Source of the DNA: Paraspadella gotoi
Taxonomy: Eukaryota > Animalia > Chaetognatha
Length of the DNA: 64,000 bases
Assembly (NCBI GenBank): GCA_051294375.1
Contig: CM119266.1
Location: 22,484,680-22,548,679, forward strand
Direction: 5' to 3'
Position numbers and translations under genes: made by a program. The notes under the pieces were generated by a model, which worked only from the letters and a program-made list of their open reading frames with translations, was not told the origin of the DNA and did not search any database. Each line of letters starts with the position of its first letter. Positions within the stretch are counted from its first letter, which is position 1. This document shows positions 53,517 to 64,000 of the stretch, piece by piece.

Positions 53517-56500
53517 CCTCTCCCTGTCTCTCTCTCTCTTCCTCTCGCCCTCCAAAAGATTATGGTATCTATAAACCTGAATTTATAAGTTATGGCGCAA
53601 AGAAGCCTTCGACCTTCAAATTGTGTCCGGTCATTTTTTATTCCTTGGGAGTCGTTGTGTTGGGGTTAAGGGAAAATACGCTGTTATTGAAATTCCCTAA
53701 AACTTGTTAGAGAGCAGAAGGAGCTAGCCCGTGGTTTAAGATCCCTCGTCTCCAAGTATAAAAGAGATATATATTTAATATCCGATTATAATTATATTAT
53801 GTTTTCTGAACATTAGGAGAAGTCTCGGTCTTGGGAAAGTGGTCCGTCGACCCTTATCGTTACCATCCTTAGTGGGTAGAGCACTGTAAAAGTGCTTTAA
53901 AAGAATATTAATACAAGTTCTAAATGGAAGAAAAAAGATTATTTTAATTTTATGGAGGTTAAAACAGGCATAACAGTTTTATCATGGTAGAGTGGATGAT
54001 AGTCGGATTCTATATGCTGTTGATTTATTTGTAAAATTACATCCCATTGATGCTGATAATACAGTTTCAATATATGCGAGAGAGTTCGCATTATGATAGT
54101 ATATTTGTAGGCATGCACGTCGAGGGTAGTTTTTTATATATAAAGTTATTGCGTTTATGCGTTTCTATGTTATTTGTAATAGTGGCGTGAGCCGGTTAAG
54201 GAAGGCCGAAAGCTTACCTGAAGAGCAAGCGCCGTATCGGAACCGAAGAAGCGCGCGCGTACTTTACGCTTTGCTCGTATCGACGGCGCCAAATGTTCAT
54301 TATATTTGCGAATATAGCAGAACTTCAGCAAGTTTGAATATAAATAATACTCGCTCAGTATAAGAAAATCTCTAGAAAGCAGGAGTAGCAGCGACACTAA
54401 CGGAAACAGTCGCTATTGACATTAATAAAGAGAGGACCGTGAAGATGCATCGAATGGAGAAAGATGCATCGTCCAGTCACTTTGTATGTAGTCAGAGAAT
54501 CCCGGAAATGATCGCCCCGCGCCCTCCGTCCACACCTTGTTATGGTGCGGACTGCTTCGTCACCCTTAAGTCTGTCAGGAGTGATTCTGAGAGCACTTCC
54601 GGAGGAACGAGTATGGTACCCACCATGAGAGTAATTCAGAGAGTGATTTTTTTGTTCAGCATCTCTGAGCTTCGACAGATTTAATCGAGCCCGATTCGGT
54701 GCATTTAGGGGTAGTATTTGAACGAGTCTATGAAGGACAACTGAGACTAATAATCTTTCTCTTATACATATATTTCATGCGCTGCCAGAAATGCTCTTCC
54801 TGAGTACCCGTCGAATCTGGAGGTCGCTCCACTATTCAAAGAAATTAGCAGTGATAAGCGAGGAAATACCTCTGGTAAGAGTGAGCCGCATAAACCAACT
54901 TGAATCGATCTCATGCGGTCGACCTTAAGCGAATTTGTTAGATCCTATGTTCCTAGGCGTAAAACAGTCTCATTATGTATACCTTTGGGTAAGATTACTA
55001 ATTGGAATTGCATCTTTCGTGCTGAATATTAAGCCTCTTATGACTTTGATGCTGAATATGTTGAACCTGCGATTGGATTATTGATTCTTGGCATATTCGA
55101 TAATTTAATCTTTCATACTTAATCGCAGCCAACTCCGATAGCTTCAGTGTACGATCTCTGTGTTAAACATGTTAGGCTCAGAACACTTGCTCTCTGTAGT
55201 GGCTTGATTGTACGTCAGGGATTGTGGTGACAGATTAGACGATCCTTGCATAGTGGATCTGTCATCATTATGTTGTTGGCTGAGCAGACTCTCATAGTCA
55301 TCATATGGCCATAAGTCACCGACACTCAGTCGGATGCGATATTGGGTGGGGTGGTGACGCAACCCCGGAAAGAGAGAGATGATCCCTGAGCACATAGATA
55401 AGTCCTAAGGCAGTCACCTTACCTTTTTCAATCAAGAGGCGGGTTCTTCGTTTTTTATTCTGCGTCAGCAGCCTGTCTTTACGTTCTTGTGGCGTACAGA
55501 GGGTGAGAGCATGAGAGAGCAGAGCTGCAGATAGCATCGAACTCCTGGCGGATCGTGAGGGCGCACCCTGACTTAGCTCGAGACGTGTAATCAGACTGTT
55601 AGGCATTGGTGGAGTAACCTTTACTCTACGACATTTCGTATTAGGATTTAGACGATAGAGAGTAGAGTTTAGAAGATCGACACATATCTGTATTATGAAA
55701 GACATGCGCAGAACGAGAATAGGAATAATGACTATCTCGTAGCGAAAAAGATACCTCTTTAAGCTTTTCTTTCCAAAATTGCTATCTCCTAATTAAGCGT
55801 ATTCTGTGTAGTATGATAAAATATCACAGAGCTATTAATAATTATAATAAATGGAATATTAATAAAAATTAATAAATATTCTAGGATCACGGAAATTCAA
55901 AAAACATCAAACGATGGTCATCTCACGTCTACTACAAAAATCGGTACAGATGAGTTATCTCAAGGAACCCTTGCCCTCCCCAATACCCGAGAGTGACAGA
56001 GAAATACTAGTATTAGCTGTGACTGGATGGGGAGTGAAAGTAGAGTGGGGTGAACCGTGAGTATAGAGCCCCCTCGAGAAAGCGGGCTCGAGTAGATGAG
56101 AAGAGTACCAGCACCAGGCCTCCGTCCCATATGCTCAAGTAATATAATGAGTGAGGATACTGGATAGATATGAGGACAGAAAGCCTGAATCTTTATTATT
56201 ACTGAGAGTATCTGAGAAGAGAGATGATCGTATGCAGATGCTCTGAGCTCAGCCGTGCCTGCCTCTTACTCCGCTCTATTGGATTAAAGAACGCAAGAAA
56301 GCCTCAATTCTTCAAAAGTTAGATGTGATATATGTTGCCAAGCAGATGCGGTATAGCCGGTGATCTAAGTTATCTCGTCTGTACTTCACGTAAACTGATT
56401 CCGTGTGTGCTCTGTGTGGCGTCAGCATGTAATCTTCCGCTCATCAGAGAAGAGACATCGGTATCTTCTAGTTTTTTTACATATGTAAGTGTGGAACCGT

Positions 56501-57361
56501 CTGACATCCTGCTAACATATCAAATAATAGATTCTGTTGTATGCGAGCCAAACAAAGAGAAACAGAATGAGTATGATGCAAGTCTCTGAAACGAAAGACG
56601 TAAGAGGAGAGATTATCCTGAAGCTATATATATTATAGATTGGTGTATTGAAGTGATGGAAAGACTATAGCTTGGTATGCAAGTGCCTCGCCTATCACGA
56701 ACGAGAGCCGATAACATTTACGGCTGTTATGAGAACAAAAGAACAGACTCAATGAGTGACTCGGAGATTAAAGAAATACAGTATCCGATGACGGATAGCT
56801 CGTAGCTGACATACATACTACATTACATGTTCCATGTACCTCTGTGATGTATACAATATGAATACACATATATACTCTCTATCTCTCTCTCTAATTNNNN
56901 NNNNNNNNNNNNNNNNNNNNNTTTCTATAAACCCGAATATATTTTCAAAGACCTTCCCCTCGTGTTCCGCCATTTTCTTATTCCTTGGTCTGTCTGTTAT
57001 GGAAATTCCCTAAAACTNNNNNNNNNNNNNNNNNNNNNNNNNNNNNNNNNNNNNNNNNNNNNNNNNNNNNNNNNNNNNNNNNNNNNNNNNNNNNNNNNNN
57101 NNNNNNNNNNNNNNNNNNNNNNNNNNNNNNNNNNNNNNNNNNNNNNNNNNNNNNNNNNNNNNNNNNNNNNNNNNNNNNNNNGGAGATAGCCCGGTTTAAG
57201 ATCCCTCGTCTCCAAAAAAAAGATATATTTAATACCGTTTTTATATTCATTCAAATCAAGTGAAATAACTTTCTATATATTCCCTTCTCTTCCATTTTAT
57301 ATATCTGTTCGTCTGTCTCTCTGTCGGTCTTTCTGTCTGTCTTTCTGTCTCTCTCTCTCTG

Positions 57362-57407
<46 letters not shown>

Positions 57408-58340
57408 TTTTTCTTTGGCAGATTTCTGAGACATCCCAAAATTTCCTTCAGTGAATCAAATGAAAAGAATTTTATTTATTTCTAATTTTTTTTTTCATTT
57501 TAGATTTTTTTTTAGGATTTTATTAGCTGTTGATCCGACGGTGGTCGTGTCAAATGGCTTTTTAGTTGTCAGAGTCAGAAGAGAAATGGCTGACTAATAT
57601 ACAGAAAGAGAGAGANNNNNNNNNNNNNNNNNNNNNNNNNNNNNNNNNNNNNNNNNNNNNNNNNNNNNNNNNNNNNNNNNNNNNNNNNNNNNNNNNNNNN
57701 NNNNNNNNNNNNNNNNNNNNNNNNNNNNNNNNNNNNNNNNNNNNNNNNNNNNNNNNNNNNNNNNNNNNNNNNNNNNNNNNNNNNNNNNNNNNNNNNNNNN
57801 NNNNNNNNNNNNNNNNNNNNNNNNNNNNNNNNNNNNNNNNNNNNGAGAGAGAGAATAAATAAAAAAGAGAAACAAAAACGAGTAAAGAAAGACCGAGAGA
57901 CATATTCACAAACAGAGACGGAGACACAACGAATTCTGAAGAAAAAAGGAGAACGGACACAACGACGCGGCGAGAGTGAGAGCGAGAACGAGCGAAAGAA
58001 TTTCCCTTCGATATTCAAGCGAATAAATGTTATTATGTGAGCGGCAGTGAGCGGCAGTGAGCGGCACGCCCCCTCATTCTTATGCTTCTTTTTATTCTCT
58101 TTATTCTCTTTCGTTCGGATCTCGTCCGCTGCGTTTGTCCCGTGAGTCTTCTTTGAATATTCAACTCAGCGACGGAGGAGGAAAAAAAAATGAAAAAAAA
58201 ACTAATCGTCTATTCTATTGTGTTTGATATGAAGTATAGCTCTGTTTGTATTAGTTTAATAATAAAAAAAGCACGATTGAGTACGATTTTCCTTGCTACT
58301 TTCACCTGCTAAAAGTTTTAGCTTTTTTCTTGTATCGCGA

Positions 58341-58374
<34 letters not shown>

Positions 58375-58379
58375 TATTT

Positions 58380-59409
58380 ATTCAATAAATTATTATTAAA
58401 TCAATTAAAAAAGTAATATGAACATTGAACAAGGTAAGTAAATAATTTTAAAAATAATGATATTTGCATTATAAAAGCTCTGGAGTTAAAAATATAAAGT
58501 TGTTTTTTACTGTCCTGTATCTAAAGAAAAGATTTAAAACATTATTTAATCAATATTATAAAAAATATTTGATAAATAATAAAAAAACATATAATTTAAA
58601 CTTTTTAAAAAAAAATTACTGAAAAAAATATTTTTACCAAATTGCTTTTATGTAATAACTACAGAAGTTTGCTTTGTTCAATTTTTAAATTTGGGTATCC
58701 TATAAAATGGTCCATATACTAAACCAATGGATTTGGCTGAACGATGATGGACGTGAGGCGGTGTGAATATACCGCCACAGGATCCCGGGCCAAAACATCA
58801 CTCAGGTTCCTCAAGCCTGAGAAGTATCTGACAATATTGTTATTATAGAGGGAGAGAATGATAGAGCACGAGTGTAGGGCATAGGAATTTGTCGTAGCGT
58901 ACCCAGTGGCATAGGCGTTTGTCCGTAATGTACCCAAAGTTGGCAGGGCTTATGCGTTCTCATAGAGGTTACCCTGTAAAGGTTGCGTGTTTGATAGTAG
59001 GGCTCACCACTTTTGGTAACAGCTGGGTTGCTCTGTGATTCGCATTGGGATGGGGCATCTCACTGTTGGCTTTGGGGGCTTTCCGAACCCTCAGTGACGC
59101 ATCCAGTCACTGGCGCAGTTACCCTCTCGCTATGCCAACGCAGAGGGAAGTCGTTAGGACTGTGGATGGAACTCTACGCCTGGGTTTGGTATGTTCCCCC
59201 TCTGAGCCAATGGATTTGGCTGAAAGATGAAAGGACGTGAGGCGATGTGAATATACCGCCACAATACAACATATTTTATAAAAGTTTTAAATTTTTTCTG
59301 TCAAATCCGAAATTTTTAAAAAATCAATTTAAATTTAAAAATTTATAAGGAAAAAAAATATGAAAAAAAATATTGTTAACTCGCTTAATCTTTTCATCAC
59401 TCCACACTA
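58380..59409. mobile_element. Second, degenerate copy of the hAT-type MITE family, interrupted by a nested insertion; left end uncertain
   Basis: Right end TCGCTTAATCTTTTCATCACTCCACACTA matches 22161-22189; AACATATTTTAyAAAAGTTTT and CAAATCC blocks are collinear with the first copy. Confidence 0.6.
58724..59263. mobile_element. 540-bp insertion bounded by ~56-bp direct repeats (TRIM, LTR or pLTR-like; unclassified)
   Basis: CCAATGGATTTGGCTGAA..GGACGTGAGGCG.TGTGAATATACCGCCACA occurs at 58724-58779 and 59207-59263; internal ~30-bp tandem pair at 58879-58936; much more GC-rich than the flanks. Confidence 0.6.
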
Positions 59410-60063
59410 CTATACATGATCTAAAAACATTAAGTTTCACTGTGACACTATAAAATAATCAGTCCTACAGCATATAAAATGACGTAATGACATTAACGAT
59501 GTCCGTGACCTTATTAAAAAATTCAAAGACATACAGCACAGAGAATGACCTTATAACGATATTGACTCTATAAATTAATAAAAATGTCGCAATAATGATG
59601 ACCGGACCCAATAAAAATGTTATTGCTATGCTATACTATAATAATATATAGCACAAAAAGACTTATCGACTGATGCTGACCGTGATGCAACAAAATAAAC
59701 CAAACCAAACATAATAAGTACTGAAAAAGACATACTAACATACTAACATAAAATGACATATGAATCTAAAGGACAAATGACTTAAAAAATGATAAGTATG
59801 ACTTTGATATAATTGACTTGGGTAAATTGACTAACGTAAAAAAGACGTAAATAACCAATCACCAATGACCAATAACCATGACATAAATTTGACGTAAAGT
59901 TTAGTAAACTGAAAGTGTCATGAATTTAAAGTAAACTAAAAGTGAAACGAAATATATTATAAAATAAAACTAGAAGGTGTTAATAAATAGGTGGCATAAA
60001 TAAGTAATATAATTTAGATAAATAACCTTGTGATATAAATCCTTTCTTTTTGTTGTTTGGACG

Positions 60064-60239
60064 ATTAAAGACAGTTTGAGTTTATGTTTTGACAACGATT
60101 TTATTTAATTCAAAACAGACATGTTTCGGCTTCATTTCAAGCCTTCACTAACGCTGATGAAGGCTTGAAATGAAGCCGAAACATGTCTGTTTGAATTAAA
60201 TAAAATCGTTGTCAAAACTAAACTCAAACTGTCTTTAAT
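60064..60239. mobile_element. Penelope-like element inverted pLTR remnant (palindrome with ~83-bp arms and a 10-nt spacer)
   Basis: Arms 60064-60147 and 60158-60239 are reverse complements apart from two 1-nt indels; contains a hammerhead core and a downstream AATAAA. Confidence 0.7.
60154..60187 (+). ncRNA. Minimal hammerhead ribozyme core (Penelope type)
   Basis: CTGATGA-A-GGCTT-gaaatg-AAGCC-GAAA-CATG-TC: both conserved boxes, a 5-bp helix II, a palindromic tetranucleotide in place of helix III, and a GUC cleavage triplet. Helix I is not evident. Confidence 0.65.
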
Positions 60240-60494
60240 TGATAAATAAACCTAAAATGATGCACTTGTCTTAAAATATGTTAATGTTAAATGTATAGGT
60301 TAGAGTTATAAGGTCTAAGGTTAGGGTTAGTGCCTAAGTTTAAGATAACGTTTAAGTTTTAATTAGTGTTAAAGTCATGGTAAATAATATAAATAATAAT
60401 AAATAATAATAATAAACGAAAGTAATAACAATTTTGAAAATAATGTTATGTTACACTTAAAGACTTTTCATATTTAAGTTTACGAATTTGTTAA

Positions 60495-62414
60495 GGCAGT
60501 GTCTACGAAAAGCCTTTTGTCAAGAAATGAACTGAATCTCCTTATTTATTTTCAAATATGAATGCTAAATTTTTTTATACTATGGACTATATCACAAAGA
60601 GTGGCGAACGATGGGGTAAATAAAACCATTCCCTTATAAATTTGATACAGTAAAGATAGTTTTAAGCAATTCTATCTTCACAAATCTTGTCCATTTTTGT
60701 CCATTTTGAGTTTTGGCACTAATTTTCAAGGTGAAGATCAAAAAAGAAAAATTTTTTACTTCGCTTTTGGGTTTCCCCTTCATGTTCTTTCTACTGGGGT
60801 AGAAGCATTTTTGTTAATGATTCCACGTTTGTCTGCAATGAATTTTTTAAAATGGTTAGTCAAAAAATGGCATTTTTTCATTTCATCATTTTAAACTAAC
60901 TGAACATTCTTTAAATTAATTGAAACTAATGTAAAATATTCCCCACATGATAAGCTAATTATATCTGTAATATAAAGAAATAAGCTTCATGCGTTTTCTT
61001 AAAAAAATTTTTTTAAGATGTCTTTGAATTTGTGATTTTTTGTGATTGTAGTTTATTTATACATTTCGACTTTAGATTTATTTGTTTTTTATAGTTTTAT
61101 TAGTTTGGACTAGTTATAATTCTTGTTAAATCTTAAAAAACCGCATCATTTTGCGTTATCTTAAAGCATCAGGACTATTTTTTAATCATTTTTCCCGCGT
61201 GTCGACACGATTTTGCGGAAAATTATTCCGCAAAATCTGTCGACTTTACTAAATCTGCTAAGCAACCAAAATCGAAAAAAAATAGCGATTTACCGAATTA
61301 TTTGGAGCATAAAATAAAGAAAAAAATTATGATCAAAAAAGGTCACGATGCGAGTTTCTCTTCAGAAAGAAAGAGAGAGAAGAAAGATTATGGGAAACAT
61401 TGCGATACAGAAAGAAGAAAGCAAAAAAAAGAGAAAGAAAGAGAGAGAGAAGAGAGAAACACAAAAGAGAGAAAAAAGAGAAAATGAGAAAAAAAATGAG
61501 AGAAAGAAGGAGAGAAAGAGAGACAGAAAGAAAAGGAGAAAGAAAGAAAAAAAGAACGAGAGACAGTAAGAAAGAAAGAAGAAAGAGAGAGAGAGAAAGA
61601 AAGAATAAAAGAGAAAGAAAGAAGATAATAATGCTTAGTGTTGAGAGATGCCGTTGCTCATCTGTTTATTTTGCTCATCATGATTTGTTTTCTACATTTT
61701 GACAACTCAAGCCTATCTGTGTGCTACCTTTTCACGTTTCACAGACAGACCAGTCAGTGAGACTTAAGCCCGTCTCAAAACGGCACTTTTTTACGGGGAC
61801 ATGAGGCACGTTGTCACTCAGTCCACGTTTGTCACCACTGTAGCAGATCATGTACGTCTTGTCACGTTGGCAATAAACTTGTGGAGTCCACACTTCGGGA
61901 CCACCAGACACTTTCCATTGGATTTGTGGACAACTGACGGATGGCGGTGACAAAGGGGCTGATACCCTCGCCGACAAAGGTCTCGGCGTCACTCCGCGAC
62001 GGGCGCCACAATGGGTGCCCTGGATGCGGCCGTGCCCACTTCCGGCGACGAGGGGGGTTGACGGCAGTCTCCCCAGTAATGGCACGATGGTTATCCCTCG
62101 ATTTCTTCTCGCGAAAAGCTAAAAAATTTGCCTTTTTTTTAAGCCAATAGTTAAAGTAGATTTTTATAACGCGATAGTTAAAATTGATTTTTTGAGCTCA
62201 ATTAGTTCAAAAACTCGGAAAGAACTTTTGTCGTAGCGAATTTTGAAGTCTTAGAATAAGCAACAGCGCGTTGTGCTTAATGACAGAGAGATAACTATTC
62301 CAAACCGATTTTTAAAATCAAGAATGACCCGAAGAATTAAATGAAACCGTAGAAAGTAGTAATTTTATTAGTTTGAAATCAATAGTTTAAGAAAGGCTTT
62401 TCGTAGACATTGCC
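60495..62414. mobile_element. Non-autonomous Kolobok-like DNA transposon (1920 bp)
   Basis: 23-bp TIRs GGCAGTGTCTACGAAAAGCCTTT (60495-60517) and AAAGGCTTTTCGTAGACATTGCC (62392-62414), 22/23 match, each flanked by TTAA. A TTAA TSD with purine-purine termini fits Kolobok rather than piggyBac (CC termini). No transposase ORF seen. Confidence 0.8.
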
Positions 62415-62703
62415 TTAACTAAGTTTATATTTGTCACCAAATTTAAATCTACATTATTATTTTATGTATACTTATTTAATATAATTGTAAATGTGTCACT
62501 ATGAAGCAATTAAAGCTTAATTTTAAAGGAAAAAATATTTTACCATTAACATTTAGATTATGCAAATTATAATTTGGATTTGATTTCAAATCTATACTGA
62601 AACAAACAAGAGACAACGTTTTAATAAGGCTTTTTTTCCTTCTGAAAACATTAATATTATTTTTCATTTTTTATAAATTTTATTATTTTCCAAAAATTTT
62701 TTT

Positions 62704-62897
62704 GGAGCTGGAGTTGGACCTTTTTTTGCCCGCTCCGACTCCAGCTCCAGCTCCGGCCAAGATAAAATCTCAGCTCCAGCTCCAGCTCCCGCTCCGGTAA
62801 GAAAATAAATTCAGCTCCAGCTCCAGCTCCAGCTCCGGCCAAATATGCCAGCTCCGGCAGCTCCGACTCCAGCTCCAGCTCCAGCTCCACATCCCTG
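62704..62897. mobile_element. Terminal fragment of a MITE with (CTCCAG)n subterminal repeats, hAT-like end
   Basis: Arrays of CTCCAG/CTCCGA/CTCCGG ending in CTCCACATCCCTG (reverse complement CAGGGATGTGGAG); the opposite terminus was not found. Confidence 0.5.
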
Positions 62898-64000
62898 CTT
62901 CTTTACATCCCACACATGTCCTCTCATCCTTTTAATACGTAAAGTGCAATTCCTGTTTCAGCCACCTGCCTCACTCACTCCTCTTCTTTCACTCATTTCT
63001 CACCTCTCCTTCTCTCTCTCTCGTGTTTGCTTTAAAAAGCCCATGAAAATTCCCCTCATTCTTTGCCCTTCCTCGCCCCCCGCTGCCGTTGCCGACTCCG
63101 AGGCCGATTCCGCCGCCGCCGCCGCGGCACGCTGATGCCGACTCCGACGCAGCCGCCGCCGCCACCGCAGCCGCTGCCGNNNNNNNNNNNNNNNNNNNNN
63201 NNNNCCGATGCCGCACCCTTCTTTATTTTCCCAGAGATTTTGGAAAATCCACTTGAAAAAAAAAATCGGAACTTCGCTACAAATTCCCTTTTTTTAAATC
63301 TGGGTTTAAATTTTTAAATTTGGTAACTGCCATAGCTTTTTATAATTAATCCGCTTTTGGATTTTTAAAATATAGCAACAGTTGTATCTTTTACGTAATT
63401 CCGCCAAGTCATATGGTAATCAAACAATAAAACACACCGCGTCGTAATTTCTCTAATTTTCTTAAAAGAATGTCCAAAATCGTTTTGCTTCTAAATCTTT
63501 TTGTCTTTTTTGTTCCTCAGAAGGAACAAGATCTTTCCCGCCCTTTGCCCCCTTTTATCCCCACGGACCCCTCTATCCCTTCTCTGCCCTTTTGCCCCCT
63601 TCTCAACCCCCGCGAGCATTTCCAATCCCCAATTTTTCCCCTTCTACGCCCCCACGAGTCTGACCCGACTCCATCGGGGCCCAAACCCCTTCCGCCCTCA
63701 TTCCCTTGTCTAAGGATCGACCCGAGGGGATGGGGGGTTGACCCGTGAAATTTGGAGGGGTGGCGGAACCGGGTTGACGCGGTGGGCAGTGCAGTGAGTG
63801 ATGGAACGAGGGGTTGGGGCGCGGAGAAGCAGAGGTGACCGCGATTTGGTGATTTAAGCGGAGGATTTCAAACTGATTTCGACTCATTTGGTTCAGATTT
63901 ACGGGGGTAAGAGGTTGGAGGGGGGAGTGTAGAGAAAAGGGGATAAAAAGAATAGAGAGAGGGGCTGATTAGGTGTTCCGAACAATATTTAAAGAAAAAA

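Noticed and set aside
60280-60365. TTAGGG-like tract next to the Penelope palindrome
   Set aside because: Only about two exact units in a degenerate 6-bp periodic tract; not enough to call interstitial telomeric sequence.
62989-63216. Ala/Gly-rich minus-strand ORF as a possible 3' exon of the next Hox gene
   Set aside because: Low-complexity GCC/GGC repeats broken by a gap, with no homeodomain or clear splice context.

Overview
Animal (bilaterian) genomic DNA, rich in (GA)n and (GAC)n microsatellites, from a draft assembly with many N gaps. Several 25-N gaps are flanked by error-laden duplicate copies of the same sequence, which suggests long-read gap filling. Two genes are recognisable. (1) The 5' half of a Hox paralog-group-3 gene on the minus strand: four phase-compatible GT-AG exons at 30307-28767 ending in EIYPWMRESRQNSKQK, with no homeobox found in the 28.7 kb downstream. 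(2) An intron-containing, heavily frameshifted RERE/atrophin (Grunge) homolog on the plus strand at about 34.9-41.2 kb, pointing away from Hox3; this is either a real non-Hox neighbour or a mis-placed raw read. The rest is non-coding. It holds a hAT-type MITE with an 8-bp target-site duplication, a Kolobok-like TTAA element, a Penelope-type palindrome carrying a minimal hammerhead ribozyme core, a nested direct-repeat element, and several candidate cis-regulatory motif clusters. Nearly all other listed ORFs are microsatellite translations. No database searches were run; family calls rest on motifs recalled from memory.
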